A stretch of 63,188 nt of DNA, filler included, from Chiloscyllium plagiosum (lineage: Eukaryota): the NCBI RefSeq assembly GCF_004010195.1. It is 10 parts of 5 records of this genome, joined end to end, with 100 filler letters (N's around TTAATTAATTAA, not from the genome) between each part and the next. Parts side by side here need not be neighbours in the genome. Positions count along the whole stretch, not along the records: positions 48,516 to 52,411 come from NW_025214934.1; positions 52,512 to 55,188 come from NW_025214936.1; positions 55,289 to 61,013 come from NW_025214938.1; positions 61,114 to 63,188 come from NW_025214940.1; 6 more parts are not named here. One strand, 5' to 3'. Of the stretch, positions 49,160 through 61,733 are shown one piece after another (position 1 is the first letter of the stretch; every line of letters begins with the position of its first letter). The position numbers were made by a program, and so were the translations under genes. Below the pieces are notes generated by a model. That model ran no database searches. It saw nothing but the letters and a program-made list of their open reading frames with translations, and was not told where the DNA came from.

Positions 49160-52100
49160 CAGGGAGGGGAGTGGGCCCAGGGAGGTGGAGAGTGGGCCCA
49201 GGGAGGTGGAGAGTGGGCCCAGGGAGGAGGAGTGGGCCCAGGGAGGAGGAGATAGGCCCAGGGTGGAGGAGAGTGGGTCCAGGGTGGAGGAGATAGGCCC
49301 AGGGTGGAGGAGAGTAGGCCCAGGGTGGAAGAGATAGGCCCAGGGTGGAGGAGAAGAGTGGGTCCAGGGTGGAGGAGATAGGTCCAGGGTGGAGAAGAGT
49401 GGGTCCAGGGTGGAGGAGATAGGCCCAGGGTGGAGGAGAGTAGGCCCAGGGTGGAGGAGATAGGCCCAGGGTGGAGAAGAGTGGGTCCAGGGTGGAGGAG
49501 ATAGGTCCAGGGTGGAGGATATAGGCCCAGGATGGAGGAGCGTGGGCCCAGGGCAGAGGAAAGTGGGCCCAGGGTGGAGGAGAGTGGGTCCAGGGTGGAG
49601 GAGATAGGCCCAGGGTGGAGGAGAGTAGGCCCAGGGAGGAGGAGATAGGACCAGAGTGGAGGAGAGTAGGCCCAGGGTGGAGAAGATAGGCCCAGGGCAG
49701 AGGAGAGTGGGCACAGGGCGGAGGGGAGTGGGCCCAGGGTGGAGGAGAGTGGGCCCAGGGTGGAGGAGAGTGGGCCCAGGGTGAAGGAGATAGGCCCAGG
49801 GTGGAGGAGAGTGGGCCCAGGGTGCAGGAGATAGGCCCAGGGTGGAGGAGTGGGTCCAGGGTGGAGGAGATAGGCCCAGGATGGAGGAGAGTGGGCCCAG
49901 GGCAGAGGAGAATGGGCCCAGGGCGGAAGAGAGTGGGCCCAGGGTGGAGGAGAATGGGCCCAGGGTGGAGGAGAGTGGGCCCAGGGAGGAGGAGAGTGGG
50001 CCCAGGGGGGAGGAGCGTGGGCCCAGGTTGAAGGAGATAGGCCCAGGGTGGAGGAGAGTGGGTCCAGGGTGGAGGAGANNNNNNNNNNNNNNNNNNNNNN
50101 NNNNNNNNNNNNNNNNNNNNNNNNNNNNNNNNNNNNNNNNNNNNNNNNNNNNNNNNNNNNNNNNNNNNNNNNNNNNNNNNNNNNNNNNNNNNNNNNNNNN
50201 NNNNNNNNNNNNNNNNNNNNNNNNNNNNNNNNNNNNNNNNNNNNNNNNNNNNNNNNNNNNNNNNNNNNNNNNNNNNNNNNNNNNNNNNNNNNNNNNNNNN
50301 NNNNNNNNNNNNNNNNNNNNNNNNNNNNNNNNNNNNNNNNNNNNNNNNNNNNNNNNNNNNNNNNNNNNNNNNNNNNNNNNNNNNNNNNNNNNNNNNNNNN
50401 NNNNNNNNNNNNNNNNNNNNNNNNNNNNNNNNNNNNNNNNNNNNNNNNNNNNNNNNNNNNNNNNNNNNNNNNNNNNNNNNNNNNNNNNNNNNNNNNNNNN
50501 NNNNNNNNNNNNNGAGAGTGGGCCCAGAGTGGAGGAGAGTGGGCCCAGAGTAGGGGAGAGTGGGCCCAGGGTGGAGGAGAGAGGCCCAGGGTGGAGCAGA
50601 GTGGGCCCAGGGTGGAGGAAAGTGGGCCCAGGGTGGAGGAGATAGGCCCAGGGTGGAGGAGAGTGGGCCCAGAGTGGAGGAGAGTGGGCCCAGAGTAGGG
50701 GAGAGTGGGCCCAGGGTGGAGGAGAGTGGGCCCAGAGTGGAGGAGAGTGGGCCCAGAGTAGGGGAGAGTGGGCCCAGGGTGGAGGAGAGTGGGCCCAGAG
50801 TGGAGGAGAGTGGGCCCAGAGTAGGGGAGAGTGGGCCCAGGGTGGAGGAGAGAGGCCCAGGGTGGAGCAGAGTGGGCCCAGGGTGGAGGAAAGTGGGCCC
50901 AGGGTGGAGGAGATAGGCCCAGGGTGGAGGAGAGTGGGCCCAGGGTGGAGGAGAATGGGCCCAGGGTGGAGGAGAGTGGGCCCAGGGTGGAGGAGATAGG
51001 CCCAGGGTGGAGGAGAGTAGGACCAGGGTGGAGGAGAATGGGCCCAGGGTGGAGGAGAGTGGGCCCAGGGTGGAGGAGAGTGGGCCCAGAGTGGAGGAGA
51101 GTGGGCCCAGAGTAGAGGGAGGTGGGCCCAGGGTGGAGGAGATAGGCCCAGGGTGGAGGAGAGTGGGCCCAGGGTGGAGGAGAGTGGGCCCAGGTTGGAG
51201 GAGATAGGCCCAGGGTGGAGGAGAGTAGGTCCAGGGTGGAGGAGAATGGGCCCAGGATGGAGGAGAGTGGGCCCAGGGTGGACGAGAGTGGGCCCAGAGT
51301 GGAGGAGAGTGGGCCCAGAGTAGGGGAGAGTGGGCCCAGGGTGGAGGAGAGAGGCCCAGGGTGGAGCAGAGTGGGCCCAGGGTGGAGGAAAGTGGGCCCA
51401 GGGTGGAGGAGATAGGCCCAGGGTGGAGAAGAGTAGGTCCAGGGTGGAGGAGAGTGGGCCCAGGGCGGAGGAGAGTTGGCCCAGGGCAGAGGAGAGTGGG
51501 CCCAGGGCGGAGGAGAGTGGGCCCAGGGTGGAGAAGAGTGGGCCCAGGGTGGTGGAGAGTGGGCCCAGGGTGGTGGAGAGTGAGCCCAGGGTGGAGTAGA
51601 GTGGGCCCAGGGTGGAGGAGAGTGAGCCCAGCGTGGAGAAGAGTGGGCCCAGAGGGAGGAGAGTGCGCCCAGAGTAGAGGGAGGTGGGCCCAGGGTGGAG
51701 GAGATAGGCCCAGGGTGGAGAAGAGTGGGCCCAGGGTGGAGGAGAGTGGGCCCAGGGTGGAGGAGATAGGCCCAGGGTGGAGGAGAGTCGGTCCAGGGTG
51801 GAGGAGAATGGGCCCAGGGTGGAGGAGCGTGGGCCCAGGGTGGAGGAGAGTGGGCCCAGAGTGGAGGAGAGTGGGCCCAGAGTAGGGGAGAGTGGGCCCA
51901 GGGTGGAGGAGATAGGCCAAGGGTGGAGCACAGTGGGCCCAGGGTGGAGGAGAGTGGGCCCAGGGTGGAGGAGATAGGCCCAGGGTGGAGGAGAGTAGTT
52001 CCAGGGTGGAGGAGAGTGGGCCCAGGGCGGAGGAGAGTTGGCCCAGGGCAGAGGAGAGTGGGCCCAGTGCAGAGGAGAGTGGGCCCAAGGTGGAGAAGAG

Positions 52101-52411
52101 TGGGCCCAGGGTGGAGGAGAGTGGGCCCAGGGTGGTGGAGAGTGCGCCCAGGGTGGAGGAGAGTGGGCCCAGGGTGGAGGAGAGTGGGCCCAGGGTGGAG
52201 GAGAGTGCGCCCAGGGTGGAGGAGAGTGGGCCCAGGGTGGAGGAGAGTGCGCCTAGGGCGGAGGAGAGTGCGCACAGAGTGGAGGAGAGTGGGACCAGGG
52301 TGGAGGAGAGTGGGAGCAGGGTGGAGGAGAGTGGGCCCAGGGCAGAGGAGAGTGGGTCCAGGGCGGAGGAGAGTGGGCCCAGGGTGGAGGAGAGAGGGCC
52401 CAGGGCAGAGG
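49160..52411 (+). repeat. Purine/G-rich 21/20-bp minisatellite (gggcccagggtggaggagagt / ggcccagggtggaggagata)
   Basis: More than 120 visible units, interrupted by a gap. It generates spurious long ORFs. Confidence 0.97.
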
Positions 52412-52511
52412 NNNNNNNNNNNNNNNNNNNNNNNNNNNNNNNNNNNNNNNNNNNNTTAATTAATTAANNNNNNNNNNNNNNNNNNNNNNNNNNNNNNNNN
52501 NNNNNNNNNNN

Positions 52512-53800
52512 TCCCTTGGAATGGATGGGAATATGGGCACAAACCCAGCAGGTGGAACGATTGTCCTTTTCTGCATAAAGGTATGTCCTGTAAAGAAAAG
52601 TATTAGACTGTAATTCCCATTTACTACAGGTTATCAGGTTATCCATTGTATCCCAATCAAACATAGTTAGTGAAAGAAAGATAAGGAAGAGTGTAGTGAA
52701 AGGCAGAACGATCAGGCTGAGCCATTCATGGATGAAGGCTGAAGATGTCTCTCTGACGGGGACTTCTGGTGTTGCAGTGGGTGACGCTCTTTTCCATTGC
52801 GTCCTGTGCGTCCATGCGGCCTCCCCTTGACCATGACTGCTGAATGGGTTACCAGCAGGACTAGGAATGGGCCCTTCCATCTTGGCTCCAATATCCCTCA
52901 GCCCTAATTCTTAGGCTTGCCGTACCCGTGACTGTAAACTTTGAAGAGTTTTGGTTAACTGATGCAAATATTTCCCACTTGTCCATCACTAGTGTCAGCT
53001 GTTTCAGTCATTGGGATGGTTTTGATTCATCTACTAAATACATCTACTCTTACTAGATAATATTCATAACAATACGTGAGATGATTCTATAAAAGCAAGT
53101 TATAGACAAGTAAAAAGGCCGACCAGGTAAGGAGGTGGTTAACAAACAAACACAGGGCATCCCTCTTAGAGCATGCATCTTGTTTGTTTACAAATTAAAC
53201 ACGCTTCAGCTCTTTTCCTCACTGCATTCTGAAAATCTGGGTATCTCCATGTTTGTAACAGAGTATTAACCATTCCCTCCTTGCCCAAGTGTGTACAATT
53301 ATGCTCATAATCAACAGAAATAGGCAGCAGCAAAGAATGAACACAAAGCAGGCCAGCAGGGGCCACCCACATTTCGGTTTGAGTATTGAGAGAGAACCCT
53401 ATTTGAGGCCATAGTTTGTGCTGTTCAGCAGGGGGCCTCCCCTGTGATTTCAGTCCCATACCCAGGCCTGGCGTGCCTGTCCCCATATTGTCTCTATCCG
53501 GTTTTGCTGGGGACACAATGGGACCAGAAGTTTGGGGTGTCAGGCTGCCTGCTTGGCAGCAGCATCTATCTGCTCATTCCTTTGGAGACTGTATCCATTG
53601 CCTCAGCATGAGCCGAACATCTTGATAGCTGCCAGATTGCTTGGACAAAATGGCATTACTATTAGTCCGCCCCTGGGGGTTAAGAGCCCTATATGTTCCC
53701 ACAAGGATCTGTAACCATGGGTCACACCAAAAGCACAGTGAGAGTTGAAGATCTCAACCCCTGGGAGGGCTCTCTCAGTTCTGCAATCGGTCAAATGAAC
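52512..53800 (-). mobile_element. Class I ERV pol (RNase H, integrase) and env N-terminus, degraded
   Basis: RNase H-like IFNSHCAFGVTHGYRSLWEHIGLLT. IN HHCC HNCTHLGKEGM..CLIC. GPY/F-like LEPRWKGPFLVLLVT. Env signal-like stretch and NRSTCWVCAHIP. Confidence 0.82.
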
Positions 53801-54799
53801 ATAAGGAGTATGGTCTGCTTCAGCAAGGTTTCATACTTTAAGTGGTAACGGCCGGGCAAAGATTTGTCCAGCAACACAGACGTTGAAAGTTTTTGTGTTC
53901 CTTGGAGAAAATGCGTGATTAACTTGGAACCAAAAGCAATTTCAAATGTTTCTTCAGAGACAGTACAGCCTTAATTACAGAGTAAATCCAATAAAATGTA
54001 ATACAATTACATAATGGACCACAGGCCAATGATGTTCCCTAGGAAACAATGTTGTTTCACATGCATTATCTCCTCATACTTGTGCTTCAAGATTAGCTAG
54101 GATGGTCAGTAATATCCTTTCGAGCTTAATTAGATCCATACGATGAAGAAGGCATTGTTTGGTTAATCTGTAATTCAGTTAGCTCAGGAATGCAGTTTTT
54201 AGCCATTTTAAACACCGTGTTAATTTGCAGCCTGAAGCCATTTTGTCATTTTAATTTATATTGAGATGCCATTTTGTGGTTCATAAAAGCTTACACACAC
54301 TTGTTGCTCCTGACAACAGCCTAAATCCAGATTTTAGATCCTCATCTGGTGTGGACCTACTCCATCACTCGAAAGAAAACTAGATTTACAATTTAAGGCC
54401 ATACATGCCATTCTGCTAAGTTACTCCAGTTTTTTTGTGTTTAAAAATGTGAAAAGTTTGCAAACAGTTCTTCCAGTTAATCACTGGATATTCAGATTTC
54501 TCTTCAAAATTAAAGGTCATTCCAAAACTGGGTGCCATTGTGGGATTTTGAATCTGTAGTGTGTGCATGGTAAAGTTTTAATGAACAATACTTCAACGTG
54601 AATGTTATCGTGTTAAGTATGAAGACTTTCTGGAGAGGAAAGATTTGCCCTTGTGTGTTTTGCATCACTTAACCAAGGTCAGTTCAATAGAATAAGCAGA
54701 CAGGTTGATGCTAGAGTTGAGAGCTGGGGCAAAATATCAGAAATAATACAGGCAGGAGCACAGCAATTAGGGTAAGAAAGTTAGCAAAAAATATAAAAA

Positions 54800-55188
54800 C
54801 AGGTAGGAAAGTTTCATCAGCTTTTCTTAAAAAAGTTAACAAATTAAGTGTTAGTTTTGCAGAAAATGAGTCTGGAGATTCAATAACAGAGGCTAAAGAG
54901 ATGGCAGATGAATTGAAAAGAGCTTGAATCTGTCTTCACTAGAGACATACAAGTAACACACTAGAACTAGCTGTAAATCAGGAATGAAAGGAAGGAGGAC
55001 CTGAAGAAAATTACAATTACCAGGGAAGTATTACTGAGTAAACTGTGGAACTACGAGTTGACAAGTCCCGGGTATCTGAAGGATTTCATCCAAGACTCTT
55101 AAAGAAAAACTAACTAGTGAAATAGTTAATGCATTGGTTTTAATTTTCCAAACCTCATTAGTCTCAGGGAAGGTTTCTTAAGATTGGT
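54800..55188 (+). mobile_element. Degraded CR1 ORF2 fragment
   Basis: gacaagtcccgggtatctgaaggatttcatccaagactcttaaa (DKSxGxxGFHPRLLK-like). Confidence 0.6.
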
Positions 55189-55288
55189 NNNNNNNNNNNN
55201 NNNNNNNNNNNNNNNNNNNNNNNNNNNNNNNNTTAATTAATTAANNNNNNNNNNNNNNNNNNNNNNNNNNNNNNNNNNNNNNNNNNNN

Positions 55289-56600
55289 TGTCAAGGGCAA
55301 AAGCTCTCAGTGGACAGAGAATTGTCAAATGGCATTTGACAGCCTTAAAACTGTGTTAACCACTGCCCACAGTATTAGCTACACAGGATTACACGAAGCA
55401 TTTCAAGGTGGCTATCGATATCAGTGATGTGGGTGTCAGTCTGGTGTTGCTGCAGGAGGATGACGACGGAATAGAAAGATCCATCGAGAGTTTTTTCTTA
55501 GAAGTCGAACGTGTATCAACAGAAATGTACAATGGTGTAGAAAGAGACTTTAAGCTTGGTGTTGCCATTAAAACATCACAGTGTTTATATTCCCAACAAT
55601 GCATCCGAGACAATCATAGACACTGATCTCAACACAATGACGTTTGTGGAAAGATTCAAGGACAAAAATGCCAGACTGTGCAGATGGAGATTGTTGTTGC
55701 AGACGTTCAATCTGACAATTGTGCATGTGGCGGGTCGCGAAAACATGAAAGCTGATGAGTTAGTCAGACTCCAATGAGATACAGAGGCGTTCGGTTGTGG
55801 ATATGCGGCGGCCTGAATTTGCATGGGTTTGTGCATGTTTGCATGTTTAGTTAGTATAGTGTATATGTCTGGGTTTGAAGGGATAAACATGCAACCATCT
55901 TTTTGTATTTTGGTTATTTTTTTCAAGGAGGGGGAGATGTCACAAAAGCTAATCCCTTTTCTTGTCCAAAAGCTGTTACTTCGCTCAAGGAGACTTTGTA
56001 TTTGATGTTTGTCAGAGGGGCAATAAAACTGGGCCGGGCTCCGATCAGTCTGGCTTGTTACAGAGATGAAAATGATTTTCAGAGGCCTTTTCTATATATG
56101 GAAACAGATGAGACTTCAGGCCGAAATGGCTATGCTTTATTCGTGACCTATATAATGAACGGGGCGTGGTGAGCTCTTTTCGCTCTCCTATCTGAGCTCA
56201 ATGGAGCAGTTTTCAGTTGAGTCTTGAACTGCGAAGTTCAACAGAGTGCTGTGTGGAAACTCTTTCTCTTTTCTGACCTTAAACCTCAACCTGGAAGCAT
56301 TTATTCCATTGATACTGGTTTTAATTGGGAGTTTGCTTATTGGGAGAGTTGTGTATATTCGGAACAGCATAATTAAGTTGAGCTGAATGGATTGAATTCT
56401 GTCGGGATTCTTTATTCTGTTCTTTGTGTTTCATTGTTTAATTTAATGCATAAAGTTTTTGCCTGCTTTAAAAGCTAGTAGTCAATCAGCTAAATTACTC
56501 CGGATAATTTTCATTATAAACTTACCGAAACAAATTGCCAAATTATGCTCTGGGCTGCCTGCTTAAGGCTGTTTTGAGTGGTCTAGCCTAGTCCATAACG
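55289..56600 (+). mobile_element. Gypsy (Gmr1-like) LTR retrotransposon 3' end: RNase H, PPT (55925-55937), 3' LTR (55938-~56600)
   Basis: FKVAIDISDVGVSLVLLQEDD; ARLCRWRLLLQTFNLTIVHVAGRENMKADELVRL*; PPT aaggagggggaga then TGTCAC. Confidence 0.8.
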
Positions 56601-56971
56601 TCTCGGAGATGGAAGATGCATCCTTGGAACTTGATACAAACCATTGACTTGCCCTCCTCACGATCAGCAAACGATGTTACCTTAACGTGTGTACCATTAG
56701 CAATGGAGCCAGGAGGAACAACATGGAGCAGTCTGCCTGTGCAGTCTCTGCTTCATTGGTTTGTCGTGCTGCAGCATTAATGACATTCTCCTATTTCAGT
56801 GTAATAGTTTGGTGGGTCTGAATGACCTCTTTTGATCAGTGTCAGTGTCTCGACGAACTGAATGTCTTCCTCCTGGCCCGAGGGCAGAGGTTCAAGGACT
56901 TCAATGGGCAACCCGTGGTTCCTGCTTACTGGCGTGTTGTGTTGACTAGACTCTATCTTCCTGAGCTATAG

Positions 56972-59050
56972 GAGACAAACAGGAGGCTGGAAGAACACAA
57001 CAAGCCAGGCAGTATCATGAGGTGGGGAAGTCAACATTTCNNNNNNNNNNNNNNNNNNNNNNNNNNNNNNNNNNNNNNNNNNNNNNNNNNNNNNNNNNNN
57101 NNNNNNNNNNNNNNNNNNNNNNNNNNNNNNNNNNNNNNNNNNNNNNNNNNNNNNNNNNNNNNNNNNNNNNNNNNNNNNNNNNNNNNNNNNNNNNNNNNNN
57201 NNNNNNNNNNNNNNNNNNNNNNNNNNNNNNNNNNNNNNNNNNNNNNNNNNNNNNNNNNNNNNNNNNNNNNNNNNNNNNNNNNNNNNNNNNNNNNNNNNNN
57301 NNNNNNNNNNNNNNNNNNNNNNNNNNNNNNNNNNNNNNNNNNNNNNNNNNNNNNNNNNNNNNNNNNNNNNNNNNNNNNNNNNNNNNNNNNNNNNNNNNNN
57401 NNNNNNNNNNNNNNNNNNNNNNNNNNNNNNNNNNNNNNNNNNNNNNNNNNNNNNNNNNNNNNNNNNNNNNNNNNNNNNNNNNNNNNNNNNNNNNNNNNNN
57501 NNNNNNNNNNNNNNNNNNNNNNNNNNNNNNNNNNNNNNNNNNNNNNNNNNNNNNNNNNNNNNNNNNNNNNNNNNNNNNNNNNNNNNNNNNNNNNNNNNNN
57601 NNNNNNNNNNNNNNNNNNNNNNNNNNNNNNNNNNNNNNNNNNNNNNNNNNNNNNNNNNNNNNNNNNNNNNNNNNNNNNNNNNTGGTAGGGTCCATTTGGA
57701 GGTGACGGAAATGTCTTCGGATGATGTGGTTTATGCGAAGGTTGGTAGGTTGGAAGGTGAACACCAGGGGCGTTCTGTCCTTGTTACAGTTGGAGGGGTG
57801 GGGTTTGGGGGCGGAGGGGCGGGCGTGGACGAGATGCATTGGAGGCCATCTTTAACCACGTGGGAAGGGAAATTGCGGTCTCTAAAGAAGGAGGCTATCT
57901 GGTGTGTTTAATGGTGCAACTGGACCTCGTGGGAGCAAATACGGCGGAGGCGGAGGAATTGGGAATACGGGATGGCATTTTTGCAGGAGGTAGGGTGGGA
58001 AGATGTGTAATCCAGGTAGCTGAAAGCAGGTTGGTTTGTAAAAGATATCAGTGACAATTCGGTCTTCATTAATGGAGATGGAGGGGTCCAGGAAGGGGAG
58101 GGAGGTGTCAGAGATGGTCCAGGTGAATTTATAGTAGGGGTGGAATGTGTTGATGAAGTTGATGAAGTGCTCAACCTCCTTGCGGGAGTATGAGGTGGCA
58201 CCAATACAGTCATCAATGTAGTGAAGGAAGAGGTGTGGAGTGGTGCTGGTGTAATTATGGAAGATGGACTGTTCTACGGAGCCAACAAAGAGACATGCAG
58301 AGCTGGGGCCCAGACGGGATCCCAGGGCTACCCCTTTGGTCTGGAGAAAGTGGGAGGATTTGAAGGAGAAATTGTTAAGCGTGAGCACCAGTTCAGCCAA
58401 ACGATTGAGAGTGTCAGTGGAAGGGTACTGTTGGGGATGTCGCGAGATGAAAAAACGGAGGGCATGGAGGTCCTAGTCATGGCGGATGGACGTCGAGATG
58501 GATTGGATATCCATGTTGAAGATGAGGCATTGGGGGCCGGGGAAACGGAAGCCTTGGAGGAGGTGGAGGGCATGGGTTGTGTCTCGAATGTATGTGGGAA
58601 GTTCCTGGACTGGGGGGATAGGACAGTGGAGACGAGTTCGGTGGGGCAGGAGCATGCTGAGACAATGGGTCGGCTAGGGTGGTCAGGTTTGTAGATCTTG
58701 GAAAGGAGGTAGAATCGGGCAGTGTGGTTCCCGGACTAAGAGGTTGGAAGCTGTGGGTGGGAGTTCTCCTGAGGTGATGAGGTTCTGTGTGATCTGGGAA
58801 ATTACGGTTTCGTGATGTGAGTTGGGGTCATGGTCAAGAGGGCGGTAGGAGGAGGTGAATTCGAGTTGGCGTCTGGCTTCAGCGGTGTAGAAGTCAATGC
58901 ACAAAACTACCACTGCTCACACTTTATCTGCTGTTTTGATGGTGAGGTTGGGATTGGAGCAGAGGGAGTGGGGGGCTGAGCGTTGTGAGGTGAGAGGTTG
59001 GAGTGGGGGAGGGGTTTAGACAGGTTGAAGCAGTTAATGTCTCGACATCA
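56972..59050 (-). mobile_element. Penelope-like element RT region (minus) with family-C terminus
   Basis: AELVLTLNNFSF..LQTKGVALGSRLGPSSACLFVG..HYIDDC..LPFLD; YLDYTSSHPTSCKNAIPYSQFLRLRRICS. Confidence 0.88.
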
Positions 59051-59064
59051 ATTGGAAATTAGCT

Positions 59065-60080
59065 CACCTCCCACCCGACCAACCTTCGCATAAACCACAT
59101 CATTTGAAGACATTTCTGTCACCTCCAAACGTACCCCACCACCAGGGATATATTTACTTCCCCACCCCTTTCCGACTTCCTCAAAGACCGTTCCGTCCGT
59201 GACTCCCTGGTCAGTTCCACGCCCCCCAACAACCCACCCTCCCTTCCTGGGACCCTTCCCTGCCACCGCAGGTATGGCAAAACCTGCGCCGAAACCTCCC
59301 CCCTCACCTCTATCCAAGGCCCCAAAGGAGCCATCCACATCCATCAACGTTTTACTTGCACATCCATCAATATCATTTCTTGTATCCATTGCTCCCGATG
59401 TGGTCTACTCTACGTTGGGGAGACTGGACGCTTCCTAGCAGAGCACTTTAGAGAACATCTTCGGAACACCAGCATCAAATCAACCCCAACGCCCTGTGAC
59501 CCATCATTTCAACTCCCCCGCCCACTCTGCCGAGGACATGCAGGTCCTGGGCCTCCTCCACCGACGCTCCCTCACACCCCGACGCCTGGATGAAGAACGC
59601 CTCATCTTCCACCTTGGAACACTTGAACCCCATGGCATCAAAGTGGATTTCACCAGTTTCCTCATTTCCCCTTCCCCCACTTCGCCCCAGCTCCAACCTT
59701 CTAGCTCAGCACCGCCCACATGACCTGTCCTACCTGCCTATCTTCCTTTCGAGTTATCCACTCCACCCTCCTCTCTGACCTATCACCTTCATCCCCACCC
59801 CCATTCACCCGTTGATCTCTTTGCTACCTTCCCCCACCCTCCTCTCTGTCCTATCACCTCCATCCCTACCCCCATTCACCTATTGTACTCTTTGCTACCT
59901 ACTCCCCAGCCGCTCCCCACCACCACCACTTATCTCTCCACCCTGGAGGCTCCCTGCCTCCATTCCTGATGAAGGGCTTTTGCTCGAAATGTCAATTTTC
60001 CTGCTCCTCAGATGCTGCCTGATCTGCTGTGCTTTTCCAGCACCACTTTGATCTAAACTCTGGTGTCCAGCATCTGCAGT
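59065..60080 (+). mobile_element. Penelope-like element GIY-YIG endonuclease and 3' terminal repeat with a hammerhead motif (~59962-59996)
   Basis: CIHCSRCGLLYVGETGR..HFNSPAHSAEDMQVLGL..LIFHLGTLEPHGIKVDF; attcCTGATGAagggcttttgctcGAAAtgTC. Confidence 0.88.
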
Positions 60081-60858
60081 TGAAGATCTGCGTCCCCTCA
60101 AGAGGGGCCTCTTGGTTCGAGATCAGTCAAAGGAATCGACAAACGCAGTTTTTTCAAAAAGGTTCATTAGTTTATTGAATTAAGGTACCTTGACGCAGTT
60201 CTATCCAGCAACACAGAGATTGAAGCTTCTGTGTTCCGGGGTGAAGTTGCGCAATTACATTTGAAAATTACATATTATTTATATGTTTTTTTAAGAAATA
60301 GTACATCCTTAATTAAAAGAAAGACCAATCACATATGATAAGGTGACATGGTTTACAGCAAGTTGTTCCAATGATATTACCTGGGGAAGGGTTCTTAATT
60401 ACAAGAAAGGTCCAATCAACCGTAATAAGGTGACATGATTGAAGACAGACTAATCCAATGGTATTCGATGCTAAAAGATATCTTACTTACGTAAATTGTT
60501 ATGCCATGCACTGGTTCAAGGTTCGTTCAAATGGTCAATTAATGTGTCAGCATTCAGCTTTTGAAAACTCTATTGTCCTCTTATCTTTGAACTGCAACTT
60601 AATTCTGCAAATCAGCAGTATGGTTCACGGGCCATTTTATAGTATTCTTTTAAATCGAGAAACCATTTTGTTATAATAAAAATCTACATATTTTGTTGCC
60701 TAAATTCAAATTTTAGATCATCATCCCCACCTTTGGTCATTCTATGACCATGCCATAAAGGCATGGATCAAATTAATCCAATTCGATGGCAGCAAAAGAC
60801 TGCCATACTTCCTCTTCCTCCAAAGGGAAATCAAGGGCAGGGAATGATGTTTCCTCGA
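60081..60858 (-). mobile_element. ERV-type 3' LTR (~60081-60720) with PPT (~60724-60735)
   Basis: Minus strand reads caaaggtggggatga-TGATCT...; a TATA-like box lies at about 60280 and AATAAA at 60171-60176; it ends ..CTTCA. Confidence 0.6.
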
Positions 60859-61013
60859 GGAGAAAGTGAGGACTGCAGATGCTGGAGGAGATCAGAGCTG
60901 AAAATGTGTTGCTGGAAAAGTGCAGCAGGTCAGGCAGCATCCAAGGAACAGGAGAATCGACGTTTCCGGCATAAGCCCTTCTTCAGATTCCTGAAGAAGG
61001 GCTTATGCCCGAA
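60859..61013. mobile_element. Fold-back PLE-derived mini-element (family B), truncated by a linker
   Basis: gcccttcttcag|attcctgaagaagggcttatgcccgaa. Confidence 0.72.
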
Positions 61014-61093
61014 NNNNNNNNNNNNNNNNNNNNNNNNNNNNNNNNNNNNNNNNNNNNTTAATTAATTAANNNNNNNNNNNNNNNNNNNNNNNN

Positions 61094-61360
61094 NNNNNNN
61101 NNNNNNNNNNNNNAAAGTTTAAAAAGAACTTGAGGGGCAACTTTTTTCACGCAGAAGGTGATGTGAGTATGGAATGAGCTGCCAGAGGAAGTGGTGGAGG
61201 TGGTATAATTACAGCATTTAAAAACCATTGGGATGGGTGTATGAATAGGAAGGGTTTAGAGGGTCATTGGCCATATTTATTTAGAATGTCTGATTAGCAT
61301 GGATGAGTTAGACTGAATGGTCTGTTTCTGTGCTGTGCATTTGTATGACTCTATGACTGT
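61094..61360 (+). mobile_element. CR1 3' end
   Basis: ggaatgagctgccagaggaagtgg..tatgactctatgact. Confidence 0.85.
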
Positions 61361-61519
61361 ACATTGATGAGTAGGTCAGATGATTTCCAGAATGCAAAGA
61401 ATAGAGAATGGTGATGATAACCAGGACAATTAAATAACTGCACATGAGAAAGCTCGCTAGAAATGTTAAAAATGATAGTGAGAGTTTCTAAAGAGGAAAA
61501 CAGTAAGTAAGCATTAGTA

Positions 61520-61733
61520 TCATGTGGAAGCAGGCTATTCAGCCCTTACCACGTAAATAATGTCCCCTATCCTAACCCAGCATTTCCCATGACTAATCCA
61601 CATCTTTCAACTGTGGGAGGAAACCCATGCAGACTCAGTGAGAATGTACAAATTCCACACAGTCACCCAAGGCTGGAATTGAACCTGTGACCCTAGCACT
61701 GTGAGGCAGCAGTGCTAGCCACTGTGCCACCCT
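61520..61733 (-). mobile_element. Degraded HE1 SINE
   Basis: ..gtgaggcagcagtgctagccactgtgcc. Confidence 0.75.

Noticed and set aside
48923..52275. ~1000-aa ORFs in all three minus frames
   Set aside because: They are produced by a stop-poor minisatellite and an N gap, with no coding signal.
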